A DNA stretch of 64,000 bases from an uncultured Gammaproteobacteria bacterium (GTDB lineage Bacteria > Pseudomonadota > Gammaproteobacteria > Pseudomonadales > Azotimanducaceae), in contig CAVTJP010000005.1 of the NCBI GenBank assembly GCA_963735085.1, forward strand, positions 1,213,001 through 1,277,000. The letters run 5' to 3'. The position numbers and the translations under genes were made by a program. Positions 29,020 to 38,031 of the stretch are shown here, piece by piece. Within the stretch, counting starts at the first letter, position 1; each line of letters begins with the position of its first letter. Under the pieces are notes generated by a model. That model made no database searches. It saw only the letters and a program-made list of their open reading frames with translations, and was not told the origin of the DNA.

Positions 29020-30537
29020 ATGCTCGAACGCTACGTCAAAAAAATTCTCGCTTCGCGCGTTTACGACGTCGCAATAGAAACGCCGCTGCAGGAAGCGCGC
29101 TCGTTGTCCCGTGATGTGCGCAACCGGGTATTCCTGAAGCGCGAAGACCTGCAGAGCGTGTTCTCGTTCAAGCTGCGTGGAGCATACAACAAGATCGCGC
29201 AGCTCTCGCCCGAAGACCGTGCACTGGGCGTAATCTGCGCTTCGGCCGGCAACCACGCGCAGGGTGTCGCGCTGGCAGCCAGCCGGCTTGGCATTCGCGC
29301 GCACATCGTGATGGGGCGCAACACGCCGGAAATCAAGGTGGCGGCGGTTCGCGATCACGGCGCCAAGGTGATTCTGCACGGCGATAATTTCGACGACGCG
29401 CGTGATCATGCGATGCATCTGATGAATGAGCACGGCTACGTGTTCGTTCATCCGTTCGACGATGCCGACGTGATTGCCGGGCAGGGCACCATCGGGATGG
29501 AGATCCTGAATCAGCACAGCGCACCGCTGCATGCGATTTTCGTCCCTGTCGGTGGCGGCGGACTGATCTCCGGCATCGGCGCATACGTGAAATATCTGCG
29601 CAAGGACGTTCGGATCATCGGCGTCGAAGCCGATGGGTCTGCGTGCATGGCAGCGGCGTTGGAGGCGAATCGAAGGGTCGTACTGCCGACCGAGTCGCTG
29701 GATCAGTTCGCTGACGGAACCTCTGTGGCGCAGGTCGGGCGCGAGACATTTAAGATTGCTCGTCAGTGCGTGGACGAGGTGATCGTCGTATCCATCGATG
29801 AAATCTGCGCCGCGATCAAGGATATTTTCAACGACACCCGCTCGATTGCAGAGCCCTCCGGTGCGCTTGCGGTGGCAGGTTTGAAGAAGTACGTCAAAGC
29901 GTCCGGGCTGTCAGGACTGGATTTCGTCGCGATCGACAGCGGTGCGAATGTGAACTTCGATCGGTTGCGGCACATCTCGGAACGTTCCGCGGTTGGCGAG
30001 AAGCGTGAGGCGATTCTTGGCGTGACGATCCCAGAGCGCCCCGGCAGCTTTCGCAGTTTCTGCCGCACGCTCGGCAAGCGCGCGATCACCGAGTTCAACT
30101 ACCGCTATTCGGATGCGTCGAGCGCACGTGTCTATGTCGGCGTACAGATTGCTCCAAATGGTGATCGTGGTGAGTTGATCGCCAGTCTGACGCGCGCCGG
30201 TTATCCGGTTGAAGACATGACCGACAACGAACTGGCGAAACTGCATGTACGCCACATGGTCGGCGGGCGCACGATGAGCGGCAAGCCGGAAATTCTGTAT
30301 CGGTTCGAGTTTCCGGAACGCCCCGGCGCCCTGCTCGCGTTTCTGCTGGGCCTCGGCGAGAGCTGGAACATCACGATGTTTCACTACCGCAACCACGGCT
30401 CCGCCTGGGGGCGCGTATTGATTGGTTTCGAAGCCGGCGTGAAGGCGCGTCGTGAGCTGAATCGCTTTCTCGACCGCATCGGCTACCGCTATGCCGAAGA
30501 GACCGACAATTCAGCGTACCAGATGTTCTTACGTTGA
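29020..30537 (+). CDS. ilvA: Biosynthetic threonine dehydratase
   Basis: Collinear with E. coli IlvA, including the PLP lysine motif SFKLRGAY and the C-terminal ACT-like regulatory repeats. Confidence 0.95.
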   Translation: MLERYVKKILASRVYDVAIETPLQEARSLSRDVRNRVFLKREDLQSVFSFKLRGAYNKIAQLSPEDRALGVICASAGNHAQGVALAASRLGIRAHIVMGRNTPEIKVAAVRDHGAKVILHGDNFDDARDHAMHLMNEHGYVFVHPFDDADVIAGQGTIGMEILNQHSAPLHAIFVPVGGGGLISGIGAYVKYLRKDVRIIGVEADGSACMAAALEANRRVVLPTESLDQFADGTSVAQVGRETFKIARQCVDEVIVVSIDEICAAIKDIFNDTRSIAEPSGALAVAGLKKYVKASGLSGLDFVAIDSGANVNFDRLRHISERSAVGEKREAILGVTIPERPGSFRSFCRTLGKRAITEFNYRYSDASSARVYVGVQIAPNGDRGELIASLTRAGYPVEDMTDNELAKLHVRHMVGGRTMSGKPEILYRFEFPERPGALLAFLLGLGESWNITMFHYRNHGSAWGRVLIGFEAGVKARRELNRFLDRIGYRYAEETDNSAYQMFLR

Positions 30538-31283
30538 TAGTCAAGGCAATGCGAAAGCTGCCGCTCGATATCGAACTCGACGTGACGATGCGGCGCCAGC
30601 CGAACGAGACGACGTGCGGTCCGACCTGTCTGCACGCGGTGTACGACTACTATGAGGACGCCGCGTCGCTGGAGCAGGTGATTGCCGAAACGCAGACGAT
30701 CGAGAATGGTGGAACCTACGCGCCGTTTCTCGGCTGCCACGCATTGCAGCGTGGTTATGCGGCGACCTTGTATACCTGGGATCTGAAGGTCTTTGACCCG
30801 AGCTGGTTCGTCCCCGATGCACCGCCGCTGGCGGATCGGCTGATGCGGCAGGCCGAGTTCAAGGAGGATCGCCGCGTGCGCGTGGTGTCGCGCGCGTGCC
30901 GTGAATTCCTCCAGCTCGGCGGCATGATTCGATTTCGCGATCTCACCGCGCCGTTCGTACGCGGCATTTTGCGTCGGGGGATTCCGATGCTGGCAGGATT
31001 GAGTTCGACGTATCTGTATCGCGCGCGTCGCGAGTTCGGAGACGACGACAAGCCCGATGACGTGCGTGGCGAGCCGGCCGGACACTTCGTCGTACTGTCC
31101 GGCTACCACCGCCGTGATCGGCTGGTCCGCGTCAGCGATCCGTATCGCGCGAATCCGGTGTCGACGGAAGTGCATTATTGGGTGAACATCAACCGGCTCA
31201 TCTCGTCGGTGCTGCTCGGTAACCTGACGTTTGATGCGAATATTCTGTTGATCACACAACGCAATGGAGTCGGCGACCTTTGA
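30534..31283 (+). CDS. Papain-fold (C39-like) cysteine peptidase family protein
   Basis: QPNETTCGPTC (Cys28), GHFVVLSGY (His184) and SDPY (Asp202) form a C39-like catalytic arrangement. The TTG start overlaps the ilvA TGA; the ATG at 30549 is the alternative. Confidence 0.6.
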   Translation: MIVKAMRKLPLDIELDVTMRRQPNETTCGPTCLHAVYDYYEDAASLEQVIAETQTIENGGTYAPFLGCHALQRGYAATLYTWDLKVFDPSWFVPDAPPLADRLMRQAEFKEDRRVRVVSRACREFLQLGGMIRFRDLTAPFVRGILRRGIPMLAGLSSTYLYRARREFGDDDKPDDVRGEPAGHFVVLSGYHRRDRLVRVSDPYRANPVSTEVHYWVNINRLISSVLLGNLTFDANILLITQRNGVGDL

Positions 31284-32755
31284 ACCTGCTGTTCGTGGTC
31301 AATAATCCGAAGGACTGGCTGCTCGAAATTCCCGGCGTCACCGTCGTGCCCGCTCGGGCCTATCTGACCGATGCGCAGTACTTCGAGGACCGCTCTGCAC
31401 GCGTGTTCAATCTGTGCCGGTCGTACAAATATCAGAGCGCCGGATATTACGTTTCGTTGCTCGCGTCAGCGCGCGGCCATCATCCCTTGCCGAGCCTGTC
31501 GACGATTCAGGATCTGCGTTCCCCCGGCGTCGCCCGGTTGTTGTCCGAGGACCTCGATGAACTGATGCAACGGACACTGAAGCCGCTGGGCGTCTCGCTG
31601 TTTTCGATGAACATCTATTTTGGCCGCAGCGGGAATCCCGCCTACGACAAGCTCGCGTGGAATCTCTTCGGCATCTTCGAAACGCCGCTGCTGCGCGCAG
31701 ATTTCGTCTTGCGCGACGCGGAGTGGCAACTGAGAGCGATCCGCGCAATAGATGCCAGCGATGTGCAGGCGAGCGACCATGATTTCCTGCTCGCCGCAGC
31801 CGGCGATTATTTCTCCGGTAAGCGGCGCCGTGTGCGCCGGCGTCCTCAGTCGCGCTACGACCTCGCGATCCTGCACGATCCTGCCGAGGTCGAGCCGCCG
31901 TCTGACAAGAAGGCCCTCGAGCGCTTCGAAGACGCCGCCGAAGGGCTCGGCTTCGGCGTCGAGTTCATCACCAAGGACGATGTCGGCAGGGTTGCGGAGT
32001 TCGATGGCCTGTTCATTCGCGAGACGACCGCTGTCAACCACCACACATTCCGCATTGCGCGCCGCGCAGAGGCGGAGGGGCTGGTCGTCATCGACGATTC
32101 GAACTCGATTCTGAAATGCACCAACAAGGTGTATCTCGCGGAACTGCTGACCCGGCACAAAATTGCGTGCCCGAAAACGCTCGTCGTTCACGCGGAGAAC
32201 ATCGACGACATCGTGCCGAGCCTGGGCCTGCCGGTCGTATTGAAGCAACCGGATAGCGCATTCTCGAAGGGCGTTACCAAGGTGGAAACCGAAGACGCCA
32301 TGCGTGCAACGGTCAAGGAGATGCTTGCGCAATCTGAACTGATCGTCGCGCAGGCGTTTCTGCCAACGGATTTCGACTGGCGCGTAGGCATACTCGACGG
32401 TCGGCCGCTGTACGTTTGCAAATACTTCATGGCAAGGCGGCATTGGCAGATCATTCGTCGCGATGAGTCTGGCGAGACCACGGTCGAAGGCAACTGCAAG
32501 ACGTTCGCCGTTGGCGAAGCGCCGAAGGACGTAATTCAAATGGCCCTGAAGGCGGCCAATCTGATTGGTGACGGACTGTACGGTGTCGATCTGAAGGAGG
32601 TTGGCGGTCAGCCTTCCATCATCGAGGTCAACGACAACCCCAGCATCGACACCGGTTACGAAGACGCGGTTCTGAAGGGTGTGCTGTATCGTGAGGTCAT
32701 GAGCGTGTTCCTGCAACGCATCGAAGCCAAGAAGCGCGGACGCTCGCCGACTTGA
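31280..32755 (+). CDS. RimK-type ATP-grasp ligase with N-terminal RLAN-like domain
   Basis: 491 aa. The C-terminal half has RimK/GshB-like ATP-grasp motifs (VVLKQPDSAFSKGV, DWRVGILDGRPLY, YGVDLKEV...IIEVNDNP). The N-terminal ~190 aa resembles the RimK-like ATP-grasp N-terminal domain. The TTG start overlaps the upstream TGA. Confidence 0.8.
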   Translation: MNLLFVVNNPKDWLLEIPGVTVVPARAYLTDAQYFEDRSARVFNLCRSYKYQSAGYYVSLLASARGHHPLPSLSTIQDLRSPGVARLLSEDLDELMQRTLKPLGVSLFSMNIYFGRSGNPAYDKLAWNLFGIFETPLLRADFVLRDAEWQLRAIRAIDASDVQASDHDFLLAAAGDYFSGKRRRVRRRPQSRYDLAILHDPAEVEPPSDKKALERFEDAAEGLGFGVEFITKDDVGRVAEFDGLFIRETTAVNHHTFRIARRAEAEGLVVIDDSNSILKCTNKVYLAELLTRHKIACPKTLVVHAENIDDIVPSLGLPVVLKQPDSAFSKGVTKVETEDAMRATVKEMLAQSELIVAQAFLPTDFDWRVGILDGRPLYVCKYFMARRHWQIIRRDESGETTVEGNCKTFAVGEAPKDVIQMALKAANLIGDGLYGVDLKEVGGQPSIIEVNDNPSIDTGYEDAVLKGVLYREVMSVFLQRIEAKKRGRSPT

Positions 32756-33987
32756 GCGAACCATTTCACGCAGCATTTTCAGTATTCGGTATCGAGATCG
32801 AATACATGATCGTCGATCGTACGACGCTCGACGTGGCACCTCTGTCGGACCGTTTGCTCACGGCGGCTGCCGGTGAACTGACACAGGAGACCGAGCAGGG
32901 CGAAATTTCGTGGAGCAATGAACTCGCGCTGCACGTCATCGAGACGAAGACCAACGGTCCGAAGCCGCGCCTCGACGAGGTTGTCGGCGATTTTCAGGCG
33001 GCCGTCCGCCACATCAATTCGTTGCTCGAACCATGGAACGGCTGTCTGATGCCTGGCGGTGCACATCCCTGGATGAATCCGGATCGCGATACGAAGCTAT
33101 GGCCGCACGGCGACGACGCGATCTACCGCGCGTACGACCGGATCTTCGGCTGCCAGGGTCACGGCTGGTCGAATCTGCAAAGCGTCCATATCAACCTGCC
33201 GTTTCGCGACGACACGGAGTTCGGCCGTTTGCATAGCGCCGTGCGCTGTGTGCTGCCGCTGCTGCCCGGGCTCGCGGCAAGCACGCCGTTTCTGGATGGC
33301 CGCAGCACGGGGCTGGCAGATGCGCGCATCGATGCATACGCGCGCAATCAACGGCGCGTCCCGTCGATCACCGGCCGCATCATTCCAGAGGCGGTGCGAT
33401 CGGAGAGCGAATACGCGCAACGCATCCTCGAACCGATGTTTCGCGACATTGCGCCGCATGACCCCGACGGCATCCTTGCGTTCGAATGGCTGAATTCGCA
33501 TGGCGCAATCGCGCGCTTCGATCGCCACGCGATTGAGATTCGGCTGATCGATACGCAAGAGCAACCCGGCGCTGATCTGGCGATTGCGGCGTTGGTCGTC
33601 GCGGTTGTCGAACGGCTTTATCGAGGTCCGGTGGCGACGTTGTCGGCGGCCGATGCGCTCGATACCGGTGTGCTCGCCGACATCCTGCGACGCTGTGTCG
33701 AGCGTGGCGAAAATGCGCTGATCGACGATGCGGACTATCTCCGGGTGCTGGGAATCTCGGAGCGATCACTCGATGCAGGCGCCGTGTGGCGATCGCTTGC
33801 CGAGGCTACGCAGGCACACATCGCGCCGCATCGAAATGCGCTGGATGTGATTCTGCGAGAAGGCACATTGGCGACCCGGTTGCTGCGCAGTGTCGGGGCG
33901 CGCGTCGATGCGGCCGCGTTACGCTCGACCTATCGACGCCTGTGCGACTGCCTCGCACATGGTCGCATGTTTCATGCGCAAGCGTGA
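32752..33987 (+). CDS. GCS2 (YbdK-like) carboxylate-amine ligase family protein
   Basis: FGIEIEYMIVD N-terminal motif and overall length typical of glutamate-cysteine ligase family 2. The TTG start overlaps the upstream TGA. Confidence 0.8.
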   Translation: MSEPFHAAFSVFGIEIEYMIVDRTTLDVAPLSDRLLTAAAGELTQETEQGEISWSNELALHVIETKTNGPKPRLDEVVGDFQAAVRHINSLLEPWNGCLMPGGAHPWMNPDRDTKLWPHGDDAIYRAYDRIFGCQGHGWSNLQSVHINLPFRDDTEFGRLHSAVRCVLPLLPGLAASTPFLDGRSTGLADARIDAYARNQRRVPSITGRIIPEAVRSESEYAQRILEPMFRDIAPHDPDGILAFEWLNSHGAIARFDRHAIEIRLIDTQEQPGADLAIAALVVAVVERLYRGPVATLSAADALDTGVLADILRRCVERGENALIDDADYLRVLGISERSLDAGAVWRSLAEATQAHIAPHRNALDVILREGTLATRLLRSVGARVDAAALRSTYRRLCDCLAHGRMFHAQA

Positions 33988-34037
33988 CCTGCAGAGCCGC
34001 TGATCGAGAATAGCGGGATGCCACTAGCGGCTTGCGC

Positions 34038-34577
34038 TCAGGCGTCCCCAGCCACATAACGCAGGTATTCCTCTTCGAACACGAGTTTGGTTGGGTCGTC
34101 CATCCGGTCGATATACAGTACGCCGTCGAGATGATCGAATTCGTGCTGGAACACCGTTGCAAGAAAATCCTTCAATTCCAGTTCGTGCGCGGCTCCTGTG
34201 AGATCCTGATAGCTGACGCGGACGAATTGTGGACGCTCGACGAAGCCGCGCATCCCTGGCACCGACAGGCAACCCTCCCAATAGCCCCGCGCCTGGGGAT
34301 CGACCACCTCGACGCGCGGATTGACGAAAACCGTCAATGGCATCGATTCGATATCACCGTAGCGGCTCGGGCCGCCTGGAATCTGGATGATCGCGAGACG
34401 CAACGATTCGTCGATCTGCGGCGCCGCGAGGCCAATGCCGCCGGAGTCGTGCAGCGTATCGACCATATCTTTGACGAGCCGCGCGGTTTCCGGATTGCGC
34501 AGGTCATCCGACGTCAGTGGCCGCGCGGCCCTGCGCAATGTCGGGTGGCCCATGCGAATGATTTTGCGGACGGCCAT
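34038..34577 (-). CDS. def: Peptide deformylase
   Basis: GIGLAAPQ, EGCLSVPG and HEFDHLDG metal-binding motifs. ATG at 34577 with a GGAGA SD. Starts 1 nt after the upstream stop. Confidence 0.9.
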   Translation of the reverse strand: MAVRKIIRMGHPTLRRAARPLTSDDLRNPETARLVKDMVDTLHDSGGIGLAAPQIDESLRLAIIQIPGGPSRYGDIESMPLTVFVNPRVEVVDPQARGYWEGCLSVPGMRGFVERPQFVRVSYQDLTGAAHELELKDFLATVFQHEFDHLDGVLYIDRMDDPTKLVFEEEYLRYVAGDA

Positions 34578-34578
34578 T

Positions 34579-35190
34579 TCAGGAGGTCTCCGAAGCTGCA
34601 AAGAAGCGGCGCCCGCGTATCGTAAACCCTCTAGCGGCGCGCTCGGTGATCACGGCGTCGAGCGGAACGTCCCACGTCTGGTGCTGTAGTACGGGGTGGT
34701 GTTGCAGTTCGTGCCCGATTCCGATCAGCAGAGGGTAGCGCCGTGTTGCGAACGTTGCGTCATAGTAACCGCCACCGCGCCCGAGTCGGTTGCCGGCGTC
34801 ATCGAATGCGACCAGCGGCATCAATACAACGTCGAGGATGCGTGCGGACATCGGCCGGGCGAGCCGCGTATCCGGCTCGGCAATGCCGAATCGATTTCGA
34901 ACGAACGATGTATCGTCGTCGTAGCGATAGAAATCCAGCTGCCGTGAGCGTTCGACCACCGGCAACGCGACGACCTTGTTCGCCGCGAGCAGGTGAGCAG
35001 TGATCGGGCTCGGGTCGATTTCGCCATCGCTTGCCAGATATACCGCGAAGCGCCGGCAAGTCAGCATCAGCCGCGATGTCGCGAAGCGCCGCGCAACGGC
35101 GCGCGCGTGTTCGCTTTGTTGCTTCGGCGTGAGCGCACGCCGCGCGGCGCGATAGCGCCTGCGCAGTGACGCGCGTGACGGTGGATCCAT
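34579..35190 (-). CDS. ygfA: 5-formyltetrahydrofolate cyclo-ligase
   Basis: 203 aa MTHFS family (LGRGGGYYD, DVPLDAVITE). Located immediately downstream of the 6S RNA, as E. coli ygfA is. Confidence 0.8.
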   Translation of the reverse strand: MDPPSRASLRRRYRAARRALTPKQQSEHARAVARRFATSRLMLTCRRFAVYLASDGEIDPSPITAHLLAANKVVALPVVERSRQLDFYRYDDDTSFVRNRFGIAEPDTRLARPMSARILDVVLMPLVAFDDAGNRLGRGGGYYDATFATRRYPLLIGIGHELQHHPVLQHQTWDVPLDAVITERAARGFTIRGRRFFAASETS

Positions 35191-35197
35191 ACTAAAA

Positions 35198-35380
35198 GAA
35201 TCTCCCGGAGGTGCCGCTGTTCGGTTTGCCCTGAACCGTATTGGTTCAAGGCGGAGACCCGAGCGACGTCATAGGCTTCCCGCGTGAGCGGACCTGCGCA
35301 CAGACGCCAACGTCAAAGTCTCCTTAGTTACTATAACGGCTCAAGGACGACCCCGACTGGCGAACACCCCAGGAGACGCA
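35198..35380 (-). ncRNA. ssrS: 6S RNA (RNA polymerase sigma70-holoenzyme regulator)
   Basis: The reverse complement reads GUCUCCUGGGGUGUUCGCCAGUCGGGGUCGUCCUUGAGCC...CCUUGAACCAAUACGGUUCAGGG...CGGCACCUCCGGGAGAUUC. It aligns by eye with the E. coli 6S 5' and 3' arms (…GAGAUGUUCGCAAGCGGGCCAGUCCCCUGAGCC… / …CCUUGAACCAAGGGUUCAAGGG…GGCAUCUCGGAGAUUC). Conserved zapA-ssrS-ygfA synteny supports it. Ends are +/- 5 nt. Confidence 0.85.
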
Positions 35381-35383
35381 GCG

Positions 35384-35389
35384 AGTATA
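35384..35389 (-). promoter_or_regulatory. Putative -10 element (TATACT) for ssrS
   Basis: TATACT on the minus strand lies about 7 nt upstream of the inferred 6S 5' end. No convincing -35 at 17-nt spacing. Confidence 0.3.
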
Positions 35390-35484
35390 GCCGAATCGAA
35401 CTGCAACGAAGTCATTGCACGAAAGGCGTGACGGAGTTAAACGTGGGTGTTTTCGAACGAGTTGGTGACGCGTTGGAGGTTGCG

Positions 35485-35802
35485 TCAGAGACTGAGTTGC
35501 TTGGCCTCATCCAGTGCAGTGGCTACACGCTGCGTCAATTCACCAACCTTCCGCTCGATCGTCGTCACCACCGTCGCGCGATCGTTTTTGATGTGCAGAA
35601 AGTCGTTGGCGATGTTCAACGCCGCCATCACCGCCATTCGATCGAGCCCGAGCACCTTGCCCGAATCGCGGATACCGCGCATTTGCGCGTCGAGATACCG
35701 CGCCGACGCGTTCAGCTCGTCCACCTCTTCTTCGGGGCAGTTGACCTGGTATTCCTTCTCGAGGATCCGAACGCTAACGGTCGTAGGCGGTCGCGGCATC
35801 AA
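35485..35802 (-). CDS. zapA: Cell division protein ZapA
   Basis: 105 aa. VRILEKEYQVNCPEEE...LNIANDF pattern of ZapA. Position upstream of ssrS. Confidence 0.85.
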   Translation of the reverse strand: MMPRPPTTVSVRILEKEYQVNCPEEEVDELNASARYLDAQMRGIRDSGKVLGLDRMAVMAALNIANDFLHIKNDRATVVTTIERKVGELTQRVATALDEAKQLSL

Positions 35803-36050
35803 TCCTGCTCCAGTGACTTCAGTCTGCTGATCATCGACTCGACCTTGCTCTTGGCCAGTTCGTTCTTTTCGATCAGTTTGGCGCGTTCCGTGCTCCAGGT
35901 GTTTTGTCGACTGCGCAGCGCGCGATTTTCGCGCGACAACACGTGACAGAGTTCGATCAGCTCATTCACTTTGCTCTCGAGCGAATCCAATTCGGTAATG
36001 GCCATGGGTAAATATACGGTCGACTGGACGGTTTCGGGACGGTTGCACAA
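35799..36050 (-). CDS. Coiled-coil ZapB-like / TIGR02449-type protein
   Basis: 83-aa heptad-rich ORF (LESKVNELIELCHVLSRENRALR...) overlapping the zapA start by 4 nt. Confidence 0.6.
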   Translation of the reverse strand: MCNRPETVQSTVYLPMAITELDSLESKVNELIELCHVLSRENRALRSRQNTWSTERAKLIEKNELAKSKVESMISRLKSLEQD

Positions 36051-36159
36051 CCGTTGCGACTATAGTGATTGCGCAAATGCCGGTCAACGCGACCCGCTTT
36101 GCAAAGGTGTTGCAAAGCCCGTCAATTCAAACGTTTGGTGATAGCATGACCGGTCCGAT

Positions 36160-36699
36160 ATGGCGGCTGATGGCCCCGTGAGCGCATTCACCGAACAGCT
36201 CTGGAATCTGCCGGCCGGGCTCAGTGAGTCGCTGCTGCATGGCGTGGTGTGCGGGTTGCTGTGCGGCTCGCCCACGGAATCCGTGTCGGAATATCGACGC
36301 GCCCTGACCGGCCTGTTGGAAGATGCGGTGCGGATGGATGAGGCCGAACTCGGCCGCTTCATCGAGTTTGCCGCGGACGATCTCGCGGCCCCCGATTTGA
36401 GTTTCGAACCACTGTTGCCGGGCGATGAGCACGACATGATCGACCGCGTCGAGGGTCTGGCGGAGTGGGGCGCGGGCTTTCTGAACGGGTTCGACGAAGC
36501 GGGTGGAGACCTCGACGAAGATGCGTCGGATGCGCTCGAAGACATTGGCCGCATCGCCGACGTAGGCGGGGATGTCGAAGACGACGAATTCGACTACTTC
36601 AATGTTGCCGAGCACCTCAAAGTGGCAGTGTTGTTGATCCACGATGCCGTGCACGAGCGCCTAGACGATGAAGATGAGGCCGACGATGAGTCTGACTGA
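36160..36699 (+). CDS. ygfB: UPF0149 family protein YgfB
   Basis: GLLCG, LAEWGAGFLNGF and an acidic C-terminus. Divergent from zapA and upstream of pepP, as in E. coli. Confidence 0.8.
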   Translation: MAADGPVSAFTEQLWNLPAGLSESLLHGVVCGLLCGSPTESVSEYRRALTGLLEDAVRMDEAELGRFIEFAADDLAAPDLSFEPLLPGDEHDMIDRVEGLAEWGAGFLNGFDEAGGDLDEDASDALEDIGRIADVGGDVEDDEFDYFNVAEHLKVAVLLIHDAVHERLDDEDEADDESD

Positions 36700-38008
36700 A
36701 TATCAGCGTCGGCGGCAGCAGTTGATGCGGTTGATGACGCCGGGCTCAATTGCGGTGCTGCCGGCATCGCCGATTGTCAATCGCAACCGCGACACCGAAC
36801 ATCTGTTTCGCCAGAACAGCGATTTCTACTACCTCACCGGCTTCGAAGAACCCAATGCGGTGCTCGTCCTCGCCCCCGGACGCGCGCATGGCGAAGTGAT
36901 TTTATTCTGCCAGGAGCGCGAAGCGGGCCTCGAACAGTGGACCGGTGAACGCATGGGTCCCGACCGTGCGTCGCAGATGCTGGGCGTCGATGATGGCTTT
37001 CCGATCGGTGATCTGGCGGACATTCTGCCGGGCCTGCTCGAAGGTCGTGAACGCGTTTATGCCAATCTAGGTGAGCATCCAGATTTCGATCGCGACATGC
37101 TTGGCTGGGTCAAAGCGATTCGTGCGAAGCAGGTGCATGGTGCGTCGCCGCCAGGTGAATTCATCGTGCTGTCGCATCTACTGCACGACCTGCGTCTGTA
37201 CAAGTCCGCGCACGAATTGAAGCTGATGCGGCGTGCCGCGGCAATCACGGCCGATGCGCATATTCGCGCGATGCGCTGTGCACGGCCAGGCGGTACCGAA
37301 GCGGGCCTCGAAGCCGAGTTGATCTACGAATTCATGCGCAACGGCGCGCGCTTTCCAGCCTATCCGTGCATCGTTGGTGCCGGGCGTAATGCGTGCGTGA
37401 TGCACTACGTGCGCAACGACGGTCCGCTGAAGGATGGCGATCTGGTGTTGATCGATGCGGGTTGCGAATACCGTTACTACGCCGCCGACGTGTCACGCAC
37501 GTTTCCGGTCAACGGCCGCTACAGTGGCGTGCAGCGGGCGGTGTACGAAGTGGTACTGCGCGCACAACTCGATGCGATCGCGACCATACGTCCGGGCGCT
37601 GCATTCAACCAGCCGCACGACACCGCAGTGCACACGATGGTCGAAGGTTTGGTCGAACTCGGTTTGCTGGACGGCAATGTAGACGAACTGATTGCCGAGG
37701 AACGCTACAAACAATTCTGTGTCCACAAGAGCTCGCATTGGCTGGGCCTCGACGTTCACGATGTCGGTGACTACCGCGTGGACGATGCATGGCGCGCACT
37801 CGAGCCTGGCATGGTGCTGACGATCGAGCCCGGCATCTACATACCGGATGACGCATCGGTTCCGGCACAATTTCGCGGCATCGGCGTGCGTATCGAGGAT
37901 GACGTTCTGGTCACCCGCGACGGCAGCGAGGTGCTGACCGCCGCCGCGCCGAAGTTGATCGACGATGTCGAGGCGGTGATGCGCGAACCGCTCGAGCGGG
38001 CGGGCTGA
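36686..38008 (+). CDS. pepP: Xaa-Pro aminopeptidase
   Basis: MSLTEYQRRRQQL...FRQNSDFYYLTGF aligns with E. coli PepP. Metal ligands in DAGCEYRYYAADVSRT / HWLGLDVHD / IEPG. Start at the ATG at 36686. Confidence 0.92.
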   Translation: MSLTEYQRRRQQLMRLMTPGSIAVLPASPIVNRNRDTEHLFRQNSDFYYLTGFEEPNAVLVLAPGRAHGEVILFCQEREAGLEQWTGERMGPDRASQMLGVDDGFPIGDLADILPGLLEGRERVYANLGEHPDFDRDMLGWVKAIRAKQVHGASPPGEFIVLSHLLHDLRLYKSAHELKLMRRAAAITADAHIRAMRCARPGGTEAGLEAELIYEFMRNGARFPAYPCIVGAGRNACVMHYVRNDGPLKDGDLVLIDAGCEYRYYAADVSRTFPVNGRYSGVQRAVYEVVLRAQLDAIATIRPGAAFNQPHDTAVHTMVEGLVELGLLDGNVDELIAEERYKQFCVHKSSHWLGLDVHDVGDYRVDDAWRALEPGMVLTIEPGIYIPDDASVPAQFRGIGVRIEDDVLVTRDGSEVLTAAAPKLIDDVEAVMREPLERAG

Positions 38009-38031
38009 ACGCTCGAGAACACGGAGCTGGA

